Position numbers and translations under genes: made by a program. From Amphiscolops sp. MND2022 (lineage: Eukaryota): a stretch of DNA of 64,000 nt. Positions within the stretch are counted from its first letter, which is position 1. Each line of letters starts with the position of its first letter. The stretch spans positions 70,682,001 to 70,746,000 of the forward strand of contig OZ076409.1 of NCBI GenBank assembly GCA_964187785.1, read 5' to 3'. A model generated the notes under the pieces. It did no database searches and had not been told where the DNA came from. It saw nothing but the letters and a program-made list of their open reading frames with translations. Positions 11,457 to 23,993 of this stretch are shown here, piece after piece.

Positions 11457-11883
11457 AACAAGTCGGGAACGTCTAAAGTCGGCGCTATATCTAAGGCTCA
11501 AAAAGTGCAAAGTTTTTAAAATTGTAAAAAGAGACCCTTCGGGCTTTTTGAAAATGCAGTTTGTTGCAAAATTTCAAAAAAAAATGAAGGGGGTCCCTTT
11601 GCAGATATTTAAAAATTTTCGAAAAAAAGTCTCACAAAGTCCAAAAGTCGGCGGAGAAAGTCTCATAGTGCCGAAAAATTGAAAATGGGGACCCTTCTGC
11701 TTTGCAATGGTTTGTATTTCATGTTAGAGGCTTTGGATGCGTTCAAAACCAAGTACTAAGTACTTTCGGTAAAAGTGCACAGTGCACAAAAAGTGGTACA
11801 TACATTTGAGGTCTGTGGTATGACGAAAAAAAAACTAGCCACTGTAATAGTCGGGCACTTTTCACTAGAAAAGCGCCGACTAA
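11457..11883 (+). mobile_element. DINE-1/Helentron-like non-autonomous repeat in UTP23 intron 1
   Basis: Starts aacaagtcggg..agtcggcgct; ends in hairpin tagtcgg...ccgacta; subterminal inverted repeat. Confidence 0.6.
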
Positions 11884-11914
11884 TAAAGTGCAATAATTGC
11901 GTGGCTTTTTACAG

Positions 11915-12192
11915 ACGCTGCAGGAAGTGACAGAAAAAACCCGAGTACCCCTCCTGTACCTGCACAGTTGTACTCTAATTTTGAAGAAGCCCAGTTTCTT
12001 TGCACTTGAGAAGTGTGAGCTACAAAAGGTGTCTGTTGAGACAAGGGATCTTGACACTTTATCAGAATTGAAGAAGCAGGAGGGTCTTTTGAAAGAGGAG
12101 GAACCTGTCAAAATATCAAAAAAGAAACTGATCAAATGGGAGAACAAGCTGAAGAAACGTCAACTGTACAGAGAGAAGAGAAGAAAAGCCAG
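11915..12192 (+). CDS. UTP23: UTP23 coding exon 2
   Basis: Acceptor tttttacag; TLQEVTEKTRVPLLYL....LILKKPS...LSELKKQEGL continues the UTP23 alignment in phase 0; donor GT at 12193, phase 2. Confidence 0.85.
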
Positions 12193-12603
12193 GTTTGACT
12201 CAACCGCCACTGATCATTTTTTTTCAAATTTCGATCATTTTTGTCCGTTTGAATATGCATTAGAGTTTTCACAGATGGAGCATTACTTTTTACTTCAAGC
12301 GATTCAAGATTCTAGTTTCTAGTGAACCATAACGTAGATCTTGATTACTATTTTGACTCCTGATTCCCTAAAAATATAAATTACTTCTATATTTCGATCA
12401 TGATACCTTTTTTCTTACAAAATTCCCATGCAAATGATTACACAGTATCATAGAATAGTTATCGTTGTTCGGTAAGAAAATGTTTTAAAAATGGATCTTA
12501 AAAATTGAACCCTAATAGTGAAAATGTTGTAAGGTCCTTGTGTTGAAAAGTTGTGTGGAAAATGTGATTAAATGGGTTTCATGAAATTGGTCATCGTTGG
12601 CAG

Positions 12604-12763
12604 GTTTGAATCTCTACATCCTACAACTGAAGGGCACTCTGAAGCAGGAACGAATAACCAATCAGAAGCAGACAAGCCAAGAACTAGAAAGAGACGGAAT
12701 AGAAAACATAAAATGAAAAACTGTAAAAGGGTGTCAAAGGTATCAGAAGACTGTGAAACTTGA
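12604..12763 (+). CDS. UTP23: UTP23 probable coding exon 3 (basic tail; total 270 aa)
   Basis: Acceptor CAG 12601-12603 is phase-compatible; K/R-rich tail; TGA at 12761-12763. Confidence 0.6.
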
Positions 12764-13262
12764 TCTTTGCCATTTGTTACTTCCCTTTTTTGGTTCCACT
12801 GAATTCTGGTAGCTCAAAAGATGTGTTGTTTTGATTCATTTACTTTTATTCAAAAGCGCCTATCATCGGAGGTTACTATATTTGCCGGAGACTTAAACGG
12901 TCGAAACCAATACTGTGTATTGTGTAACTATAGACGTGTCCGTATTGTTTCGGGCTGAATAATACCTCGAATTCTCCTCTAACAATGCCCCCACGTTTTG
13001 TGAAACTGTCAATCCTGCCCAGACAAAAGTTTAACCACTCAATGAATCCGCCCAATATTCTAAAGCGCGAGAAACCCGAATAGTGGAAACGAAATTTCAT
13101 CTGAAGCTTAGATATCCCGAATTAGCTTTTTTCCCTCCCTTCAATATAGATCCTCTCCTTTTTGCACATGACGAAGTCAATGTGCATTGCAGTCCAGCTA
13201 AGAAAGTTTTTTTTCCACAATAGCCAACTTCATAATAAGTGCCTTTTAGAGAAAAGCCAAAA

Positions 13263-13330
13263 CCCCAGAGAGATTCGAACCTGCAGCCTCCCGATTGGGC
13301 GGCATAAGTGTTAACCACTGTGCCATAAGG
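13263..13330 (-). mobile_element. tRNA-derived SINE head or tRNA pseudogene
   Basis: Minus strand A box TGGCACAGTGG and B box GGTTCGAATC at tRNA spacing; acceptor stem does not pair. Confidence 0.55.
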
Positions 13331-14521
13331 ACGTTATTGAATAAAGTTGAACTGTTGAATGTATACGCATGCGATTAAAATAATATATATACGCATATTA
13401 AAATAATCGTTGTCTTCGTCATGTGTTGCGAAGCACCGCTTCGCCTCTGTGTTTAAGATAATTCTTGCACCATAGTTTGGGTCAGTGACAACAGTGACGA
13501 AGTAATTATTGAAAAGTTCTGCATTGCCCAGTGACAGAGTTTGAAACTGGGTTTTCCAACTAATCATTTGATTGTGAAAATGCAAGCTACTGTTTCTTTT
13601 AGACGTCTATGTCAGCTGCTAAAGTAGGTCGAGGTAGGGCAGCTAGAAAGGCTACTTCAGGGCTGCATTGTCCGGGAGGAGGCGATGGGATAGAGACCTA
13701 CGGCTATGACTCCCCTATCAGACGAAACACGTATGCAACCATTTCTAGAGAAGCTCAAACGTTCCTTTCGTGGAGTGCCAGAATTCCTCTGAAAGAAGCT
13801 GGCCAGACTGACACTTATTCTCTGTTTCCCAGCAAGTTTGGCTACAGTCACGACTCGGAATACGATCAACAAATTAACAGTAGGTATCTCCTGCATTATT
13901 AAAAGGGCTCTTCAAAATTATGGATATTTATCAAACTTTCCAAGATCACTCTCTCCAGAGTATTTTTATTCTTTCTGAGATGGCAGTAATAATATAGAAA
14001 CTTCGAAACTGTAAGGAGATGTTTTTTTAGACGAGTATGTTAACCGAGCACCTACTGAAAAAGATTCAGATGAAATTTTTTGGGCAGTGAGTATGAGCGT
14101 GAGATTTAAATTTCTCTTGCCACCGAGGACATAATTTTTGATGACGACATGAAGCGAGTGTTCGCCCTCACATTAATGAAGCGAACGAGTGTTGAATATT
14201 CGTACGCCTACAGTTTCGCCTTTATTCAAATACGAATGCGAAGCGTCATATTCGCTTATGGTAGTATTCTTTGTTCAAGTAATGAAGCTTATCTTCAAGG
14301 AAAACCAAAGAATGTGTTTCCTGGAAGAGTGAAAAATTTTGCGCTTCGTAATGAATGACCGGAGTGTATACTTATTGATACGTTGTATGTTTTTATATTT
14401 ATAGGTTTTGAAGTTAATGATTGTGGAAGCCTAAAGTGGAAATGACTCTAAGCCCCCACAGGGGGCCATTTTTGGAATAATATTACACAAAACCCAGAGT
14501 CCGCTAACATTGAAGAATTGT

Positions 14522-14696
14522 CTGATATTGAAAAACCCCTGTTTCTTTGCAATTGATAAGACTTGGTTAGAAAAAGTGTCTATTGATTGAAGTGATCATG
14601 ACTTTTTATCAGGTTTGAAAAAAAAACAGGGTCTTCATGAAGTTGAAAAACCTGTCAAAATATCCAAAAAAAAAACGATCAAATGAGAGAACGAGA
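14522..14696 (+). pseudogene. Decayed duplicate of UTP23 exon 2
   Basis: LILKNPCFFAIDKTWLEKVSID*SDHDFLSGLKKKQGLHEVEKPVKISKKKTIK*ENE aligns without gaps to exon 2 (LILKKPSFFALEK...EPVKISKKKLIKWENK); two in-frame stops; runs into the gap. Confidence 0.85.
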
Positions 14697-14896
14697 NNNN
14701 NNNNNNNNNNNNNNNNNNNNNNNNNNNNNNNNNNNNNNNNNNNNNNNNNNNNNNNNNNNNNNNNNNNNNNNNNNNNNNNNNNNNNNNNNNNNNNNNNNNN
14801 NNNNNNNNNNNNNNNNNNNNNNNNNNNNNNNNNNNNNNNNNNNNNNNNNNNNNNNNNNNNNNNNNNNNNNNNNNNNNNNNNNNNNNNNNNNNNNNN
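14697..14896. other. Assembly gap (200 N)
   Basis: N run. Confidence 1.
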
Positions 14897-15688
14897 TTGA
14901 CCCCAAAGTCCCCCTGGTACCGGAAGTGACCGGAAATTGTCAAATTTTGTGTTTTTAGGGTACAAATGTTTGGTGTTTAATGGATAAGAGTGCCTATTAG
15001 GTGTTTCGACGGTCTGCAGTCGTGAACATAGTCATGAAACCTTGTGGGGGGTAACGGTATATAGCACCGGAAGTCCAAACCGTTGGAGACAGGATAAGTT
15101 TTTTGGTTTTAAAATGTCTTTCGGCCTACTTTTGTCGACTATTATGGACTATTTTTGGAAAATAAAGTTTTTCCATATAGTTTCAGAGACTCCGAAACCT
15201 CAACCAACATAACCGTTACCTTATGATAGCCTTTCAAGTTGGCCTGGTGTCAACTTGGAAGGGCTATCCTTCAAAAATCATTAATCCAGTGCGTTTTTGA
15301 GTATGCTTGTTTTACATTAGAATCAATTAGAGCTTCAAGAAAAGATTGCCAACGACAAAAACTATGTCGTGATGATTCCGTTATTAGAATAATAGTTACC
15401 AAAATGTTGATAAAGTTGATTTTTTACATTTCAAATATGTCCTAAATGCCAGAAAACCTCTTTACCAAACAAATGGTATTGATTGAATTGTATATAGCAG
15501 CTAATAAAAGTTCAAATTGAAGATTACCTTTCATTATGCAAGCTGAAACGTCATATTATAGTTTCATTAACGTCAACGCCACATACTTTACATCAACGCC
15601 CACCGTCTGTGGGCATGCCGAGGCATGCCCTTCGACGACGTATACCAAATTCCTCAAACACAACACCCTCGAGCGCGGTAGCAGCTAG

Positions 15689-18600
15689 GTGGTCAGTGCT
15701 GTTGCGTTCATTTTTTTCCGGCCGTGGGGGAGGGCCCCTCTGAGGCCGGTCATTTTTCAGGTAACAGCTTTCTTATACAAAAAAGCGGGAAAAAACCTCA
15801 GTGCTCAAATCCCAACCGTCAGAATGAGCTGAAATTTGGCATGTAGCTAGTGCATTGCAAATGATTAGGATGGGTTATAACGCTATGTTTGGCAAAATTG
15901 GTTTTGTTGCATTTTTTTTGTCATATAGGGCCAAAAATGGCCTTTTTTGCGTATTTTTTGCTTGACTAGCTAATAACTCGCGTTGGGTTGGTACTAGCGA
16001 TACGGGTGTGGGGTATGGAATTGAAAGATTACCAAGTACCTTGCTGATGACGTTATTTGATTTCCGCTCACATCACCCCCCACGCCGGAAATGCCCAATT
16101 TGTCACTTCCGGTCGCAATTTTTGACTTTTTTGGATGGAGTCAAAACCCATTTCCGGTGTGAAGGAGTGGGTTGAGCGCTTCGACCACGATATACTAAAA
16201 GTAGGTTTAGACAAAGTCCTATTAGGAAAAAAGTAATGTAAGCCCGTACCTATCACCCCCTCGCCGGAAATAGGGGTCACGCCTCCTTTTTCTGTGTTGC
16301 AAAAGTGACATGTGCACATTTGTCCAACTCCGAAGCCCCGGAGCACCGTGGGACCCTTATACTTTCTAAACACCTATCCCACACGCTACCGGAAGTGACC
16401 GGAAGTTTCACCGGAAATGACATCCTTGGACCGGAAATGGTCAAAAAATGACTTTTCAATGCAAAATAGACACATTTGGTGCGATTTTTAGGCAAAAAGC
16501 ATAGTTCGTGAAACGCTTGTTGCAGTTGGAAGGGCCATTGTTCAGCAAGAATGCGTACAGCATTACGTAGCACATCAAGTAGTTGATACTTTTTCGTCCA
16601 TAATATCCTTAGGACCGGAAATGGCCATTTTTGAATCGGAAACTTCTTCAGCTTGATTTTTAACAGGTTTTTCCGCAATATTAGCGTAGGAATTGCTCCT
16701 CGGATGCTGTAGGTCTATTTTAAAACTAGCTAACTGCTTCTTAGAAATGTATTTCAGAAGTCCCAACCAATTCCAGAATACCGGAAATAAGAGTAATTGC
16801 CTCCTTTATGACCTTTGAATAATAAAGTGTTAAAATCCGCATATTATTTTTTTCCACACTTGTTGCTGAGATTATATCTAAGCAATAACATGTGCTTGTC
16901 ATGAAGTGCTGTAATGTGGGAGTTACGAATATTGCTATTTAAGAGTATTACATACGTGAATATCCGCCGTAATAAAGATTTTTTAAAACAACCACTTTTG
17001 AAGTCCTATAGATTGTCCGCACACCCGAAACAATTCAAGTTTCTAGTTTCGATTTTAAGGCTTCCGCGACTATTTAGTTGAGATGATAGTTTTCACGTTC
17101 TCTGCAAAACGTGCATTTCATTGTGTTTTTGACATTTATTGGGCTGTTTCACATTGTAATTCAAAACTAATTGATCATACAATTTGGAACAATTGAAAAT
17201 TTTCAATTGAACATTAAATGTTTTAATAGTTTCTCTTTCGTTGAAGATACTATTTTGTGGCCATTAGAACAGGTTGAATTAGTTGAATAAGTAGCCAGTG
17301 CGATACATCGTTTAATACATAGCGTTTGACATCGGTTTTTTTGCGAACAAAGACAAGCATGATTTGTTGAAAGTTTTTACCATATCGCTTCAAATCGGGT
17401 GTGACAAACAAGGAATTTCTCGTTTTATGTGCTACTCCGAAAGCAACCTGAAAACGCAAATCGTTCTATTGAATTATCGAGATGAAACTAAGCATTTCAA
17501 GTCTGGATTTCAATTTAATTCTATCACTCCGGTCTATTTTTATGTCGCAAGAGTGATAAAGCGTGTTAGCAAGGTTAAACACATCGAACAATTTTAATAA
17601 TAAAGCCTCCGGAAAGGGAAGAAAAAATGAGTTTTCCTGTCAAAACTATGATAACCACGTACGAAACATCAAGTTTTTGTATTGTTCAATAGTCCAAAAC
17701 GTGAATGAAGTTTTTAAATATCCAAGCGTTTCTAATCAAGCATGCGTTTCAAATGTCTGACAGGGCAGCATAGTTCTCAAAAAACATTGCTTTCAATGTG
17801 GTTTGATACCAGCAAAACGAACGTAGGCACAACCAGATTCTCAAATTTCTTGCAAAACAGCCGATTTCTTTGAAAATCCTAATTGATTTCACAGGGTATA
17901 TGGTGAAACCCTGTTGGATTCCAAAAATGAAAAGCTGATTTCTTGGGTTTGCGAGATAAAAGACAACGGGAATCTGAAAGCAAGTCATCTCAATAAAATA
18001 CCTGTTGCTCTTTAAACAAATGGACTTTAGTAGTGGAAATTTTTTCTCAGACACTTTCGATCAGAGAATGTTTGAGTCCTAACGTTCGAATCAGGTTGGT
18101 TTCAGGTGGCTCGAAGTGCCAGCTGAACCAACCTTTCAAATAAAGAAAAACCCCACATCTCCCTTCATGCCACGCTACCCCGTATAGCGTTTCAACTTGA
18201 CAGAAGTTGGAACGTTTGATTTTGGCGTCGCTTGGGATTGACACACCAGTGTTGATACTAAATTTGGCAAAGAGAAATCGCAGAAATGATTGTTTCTTTT
18301 CTTCCCTTTGATTTAGTCTGTCGAGCGTACAAAGCAGTTTGGGAAACTAACTTGCATTTCCACTGAACGAAAAAAAGTAGTAGCCTTGCAAACTCCTGGA
18401 AGAAATTGAATCAGGTTTTCCTATTTGTGAGATCAGCTGTCACTCAATTATCAATTACTTTTTTAAAAATTTTTAGGAACAACTAACCTAACTCTGCTCG
18501 ACTCTCTTGAATAATGCAACAATCGTTTACTGATCTGTGCTCGTGAGAAAAAACTCAACTGCAGGCTCAAAAACAATCTATATGTATTTGGTTTATTCAC

Positions 18601-18759
18601 TGCAAAGCTTTTTTTCACACCATGTGACTCAACTATTACATGTATGTAATGAAACCAATAACACCTTCAACTATCAACGCCCACCGTCCGTAGGCATGCC
18701 GAGGCATGCCTTTCGACGACGCGCGCCGGAAACAATCTAACGGCGCCACCCGCTTCTGG
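15689..18759 (+). mobile_element. Unit, family C (3071 bp) with AT-rich cargo
   Basis: Ends CTGG; near-identical copies at 44294-47365 and 47366-50436. Confidence 0.85.
17250..18330 (-). pseudogene. Possible highly decayed DIRS/Crypton-type tyrosine recombinase remnant inside family C
   Basis: Minus-strand fragments in the expected order: FLRFLF, FEPPETNLIRTLGLK, CCPVRHL, RNSLFV, VSHWL..LI; many stops; catalytic residues not identifiable. Confidence 0.3.
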
Positions 18760-20029
18760 GTGGCCGTGTCTTTTCGACGTGCTTTTGCATTGAGGAGTGG
18801 GTAGGGCCCCGCGACGACCTAGAAGAATTGGATGCTCACCGAAACGTGCAGAATTCTACGAGATCTCATAGTTTGAGCCATACGACTTTTCTGAAATTTG
18901 GCATGTGGCCTGGAATTGGTGAGTAGGTAAAACGTGTAGGAGGTGATTTTTCCCAAATTCCACTGTGAGACGAGATATGGGCAAATAACGGTCCCAAAAA
19001 TGGCAAAAATGCACTTTTTTCAACTTTGTCAGCCCATATCTCGTTCCCAGGTGCCCGGAGCGGGACGCGTTAAGCTGATTATAAACTCTAGGGTGTTGAG
19101 GCTGTACGGGGAAGTCAGGCCCGTTCCGATCGGACTTGTAGTCTTGGAGAAATAACGGTATTTTTGGGGAACCTTTTCTAACGGTCCAGCTTATCTTTGC
19201 CATTTTTTCGAAAATGTACTCGCCTAAAGGCCTCCCCCTGGCCGAATTTACTCCCAGCAAAACCATTTGGCCCTAAATACGGAGTTTCAGCGTTCCAGCA
19301 TTCCCGGGCGAAAAGTTGTGGGACTTGGAAAATTTTCAAAAATTTTCAAAAATTTTTTTTTTCGTTTTCCGGGCCCCCAATGAAGGGGAAACGACCCCCC
19401 AACCAGTATTTTGAGTGAATTCATGTGGAAAGCCCTTGTTTTGACGAGAAAAATACCGTTTAGAACATCTTTTTATCTTGACTCAACGTTGACTTATGAC
19501 GTTTTGAATGTGATGTAAGGATGTAGGAGGCATGTGATAAGTTGATGTTTTGAGTCTTTATCTCATATGAAAGCGGTTGAGATGCAAGCTGTCCTGCTCA
19601 AAACGTCTTTCGTTGTAATTTTCCAGTGCACCAATACCCTTTGGTGTCATATAAACATACTTTTTGTCGATATATTAACAATTTTAATGTATTTATTCCA
19701 ATTTTTATTATCTTATAACTCAAAACAGTTGAGTACATTTCATCTCCCTTTCGGGGGAGATGAGAATGTACTCGCTAAAGACCTAGCGCCATGACCAAAA
19801 GTTTGAAACCCACGTTTTTTATCTTCTTACAGACTTGTTTTTGTATTTTTTCGGAATTTTTTAAAAATTAATATACTTGAAAAACATTACTTGACTTTAC
19901 TACTACAACCCACCTCCAACGACAACGCCCCCTGCTTGCATCAACGCCCCATCGTCCGTGGGCATGCCGAGGCATGCCCTTCGACGACGTATGCCAAATG
20001 CCCAGTGCCACGCAGTCTTTCCCCGCTAG
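18760..20029 (+). mobile_element. Unit, family D (1270 bp)
   Basis: Copy at 21333-22598; GAGTACATT hairpin. Confidence 0.8.
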
Positions 20030-21332
20030 GTGGCCACGACCATGGTTTCTTGCGTATCTTGTCGAATCCTTTGTCGTTGCCGGCCGGGGAGGGACCCGTT
20101 TGCCGGCGTGTGTAGTGTGGGGCCCCCATACCCAAAAAGTGGTATTTTTTTCAGAGATCTCAAAATCGGCCCGTCAGAATTGCCTGAAATTTGGCATGAG
20201 GCTCCCAATTGGGGAAAAAATAAGAAGTGTAGAGGGCGACTTGTTCGGGTAAATATTGTATGTTGACTTTTGGCCAAAAGAGTGTTCCCCCCCAACTTGG
20301 GCAAAATCACATGAGGTGTAAAAATATGATCACAACTTTTGAACCTTTGGATTTAGGGGTACGGTCGTGGACTACATTAAGCAAGAGCTTTGGTGCGCGG
20401 GTAGGATAGATGGGTTTTGATCCCAGTACCTTCAACCACTTTTGAGAAATTAACGTTTCAAACAAACATCCGGGAGGTATATGTTGCCCCTGAAGGCAGG
20501 TTTTTCGCCATTTTCAATGTGTTGGAGTGGGTTTAGCGTAACGTGTGTGGTGTGCTTTTTTGTTGCCCGTGTGCGGAGCGTTGTATAGAGGTGCTGGTTG
20601 TTGAAATTGGAAAAGCTGCTAAAAAGTTATACCTATACCCCCCCTACTGTCTCTGCCATTCAATTTTTTTTCAACTTCAGGCCTCCCAAAGGTGAGAAAC
20701 TTCCACACAACTAGTATTGCAAGTGAATGCATGTGGAAAGTACTCGGATAGACGAGAAAAATGAGCTATAGAACGACTCTGTAGCTTAACTTGACGTTGA
20801 CTTATGACATTTTGAGTGTGAGCTTGCTATGTGAGAAAAAAATTCAAAATTGAAAATCGAAGCCAAGTCTCATCCAAAACTCATCGAAATACGTTCAATC
20901 CATCCCAAAGCGGATTAATTCCAGATATATAGTGCAGCAACACTATTCAAGACCATTTGACACAATTTTACTAGTTTTGACATTGTATTATTCATCCGAG
21001 AGCACAAAACAGTTGGGTACATTCCATCTCCCTTTCGGGGGAGATGAGAATGTACCCGCTAAATGACACGCACCATGGCCTAATTTTTACCTTTATGCGA
21101 CGTTTTCTAGGCTTTCGCGCAAGCCCACTAATATTTACACTGGTTTCTTTCTCTTTCACTCCAAACATTCCGTCCGTACTAACCACCTTACACACCACCA
21201 GCAGCTCAACGACACATCTGTAACGTCAACGCCACATACTCGCATCAACGCCCACCGTCCGTGGGCATGCCGAGGCATGCCCTTCGACGACGTATGCCCG
21301 TTGTCACAACAGGGCGCCCCTACATTCTCTAG
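20030..21332 (+). mobile_element. Unit, family E (1303 bp)
   Basis: Copy at 35217-36520; GGGTACATT hairpin 21015-21057. Confidence 0.8.
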
Positions 21333-22598
21333 GTGGCCGTGTCTTTTCGACGTGCTTTTGCATTGAGGAGTGGGTAGGGCCCCGCGACGACCTAGAAGAA
21401 TTGGATGCTCACCGAAACGTGCAGAATTCTACGAGATCTCATAGTTTGAGCCATACGATTTTGCTGAAATTTGGCATGTGGCCTGGAATTGGTGAGTAGG
21501 TAAAACGTGTAGAAGGTAATTTTTCCCAAATTCCACTGTGAGACGAGATATGGGCAAATAACGGTCCCAAAAATGGCAAAAATGCACTTTTTTCAACTTT
21601 GTCAGCCCATATCTCGTTCCCAGGTGCCCGGAGCGGGACGCGTTAAGCTGATTATAAACTCTAGGGTGTTGAGGCTGTACGGTGAACTTGGGCCCGTTCC
21701 GATCCGACTTGTAGTCTTGGAGAAATAACGGTATTTTTGGGGAGGTTTTTCTAACGGTCCAGCTTATCTTTGCCATTTTTTCGAAAATGTACTCGCCTAA
21801 AGGCCTCCCCCTGGCCGAATTTACTCCCAGCAAAACCATTTGGCCCTAAATACGGAGTTTCAGCGTTCCAGCATTCCCGGGCGAAAAGTTGTGGGACTTG
21901 GAAAATTTTCAAAAATTTTCAAAAAAATTTTTTTCGTTTTTGGGCCCCCAATGAAGGGGAAACGACCCCCCAACCAGTAATTTGAGTGAATGCATGTCAA
22001 AAGCCCTTGTTTTGACGAGAAAAATACCGTTCAGAACATCTTTTTATCTTGACTCAACGTTGACTTATGACGTTTTGAATGTGATGTAAGGATGTAGGAG
22101 GCATGTGAAAAGTTGATGTTTTGAGTCTTTATCTCATATGAAAGCGGTTGAGATGCAAGCTGTCCTGCTCAAAACGTCTTTCGTTGTAATTTTCCAGTGC
22201 ACCAATACCCTTTGGTGTCATATAAACATACTTTTCGTCAATATATTAACAATTTTAATGTATTTATTCCAATTTTTATTATCTTATAACTCAAAACAGT
22301 TGAGTACATTTCATCTCCCTTTCGGGGGAGATGAGAATGTACTCGCTAAAGACCTAGCGCCTGACCAAAAGTTTGAAACCCGCGTTTTTTATCTTCTTAC
22401 AGACTTGTTTTTGTATTTTTTCGGAATTTTTTAAAAATTAATATACTTGAAATACATTACTTGACTTTACTACTACAATCCACCTCCAACGTCAACGCCC
22501 CACTGCTTGCATCAACGCCCACCGTCCGTGGGCATGCCGAGGCATGCCCTTCGACGACGTATGCCAAATGCCCAGTGCCACGCAGTCATTTTCGCTAG
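21333..22598 (+). mobile_element. Unit, family D (1266 bp)
   Basis: Copy of 18760-20029. Confidence 0.8.
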
Positions 22599-23993
22599 GT
22601 GGTCGGGTATTTTTTTTTACTCGTATATGACGTTTGCGAGGCTTTGGGGAGGGCCCCGTGCCGAGCCTGTTATCCGAAATTCACCACTACCAGATCTGGT
22701 ATAAATAAGCGAGATCTCGAAAACTATCCATTAGAATTCCCTGAAATTTTGCATGTGGCTCCTAATCAATGAGTAATGAAAAAGTGTAGGAGTGACGGTT
22801 GCTGAAAAAATTGTCTTTGTTGCACTTTTTGCGCATTTTTTGTCGCATTGTTGCGTTTTTTATGTCATTTTCCACTTTGGAGGCAAAAAAGTCATATATG
22901 CTTTGTTCCTAGCGTATCAAGTGTGGAGCACGAAAAGTTGCAGCATCTTTGATTACGTCTGCTGTGAAAATTTGGTTGCCCTCGGCTTACCCCCCACTGA
23001 GATAGAGGGGTGCTTCCGGTCTTTTTTGACCCCTAAGTTTGGGAAATTGCTAATTTTCGTAATAAAGCCGTAGATTTAGCGTGTGCACACCCTGCTGAAG
23101 ATTTGTTAGGCATTTTGAGATAGATCCAATGACATGCGTTCAGTTCACCCCCATCACCCCCTGGACCGGAAATAAACTTTTTTGTGTCCTTTCAGACCGG
23201 AAGTCTCCATTTTCAACGGTAAGGAGTCATTGTACGAGCAACTAGCAGGGCATCAAAATTGAAGTACAATGTGGGGTGAGCCAAGTTACCACCTGTTGTC
23301 CAGTCATGGGTACCGCCATGACCGGAAATGGGGTCAAACCCCCCCTATTGGTCATTTTTTTATCAGTTTGACTTGTGTTTGGTCCACATACAAGTCGGGT
23401 AATGCAATTGAACCAGTGTGAGCATAAACTACACGTTCACTGCGTAGCCGTAAATGACACTGACAGATACCGGAAGTAACCCCTTGTGACCGGAAGTTGT
23501 CAATTTTGACCGGAAATGGCCCAAAAAGTAGCGTAAAAGCAGTTTTTCATTAGTTTTAGAGGTATTTCTTTTTACTTTTTCTACGCTGATTGATTTTTTC
23601 TACTCACAAAGCTAAGATCGTGGCTTGTTTGGCTAAAGTTCTGAAAAATGATCACCTTTATCACCCCCGATAGCCTTTCAAGTTGACCTTGGGTCAATCT
23701 TGAAGGCTATCAGTTCAGAAAACGAAAAATAGTGGAAATTGGGTTTCTCCTTTTCGTTGTTATTTTTTCCATAAAGTCAATTTGTTAAATAAGGCTTTTG
23801 TTCACCTGAGTGATCTGAAACTTGTCCAGAGGTGTCACACACACGAAAACCATTTCAAGTTGAAGTAAACATATGAGGGTAGTATTAGACAACATCACAC
23901 ACACTTACCAACGCCCACCGTCCGTGGGCATGCCGAGGCATGCCCTTCGACGACGTATGCCAAATAGCGCCACAGGGCGCCCCCATTTGCTAG
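22599..23993 (+). mobile_element. Unit, family F (1395 bp)
   Basis: GATAGCC hairpin 23669-23711; distantly similar to families H and L. Confidence 0.8.

Noticed and set aside
13263..13330. Functional tRNA gene
   Set aside because: A and B boxes are present but the cloverleaf stems do not pair
13609..13902. 97 aa ORF as a gene or UTP23 exon 1 remnant
   Set aside because: No recognisable homology or splice support
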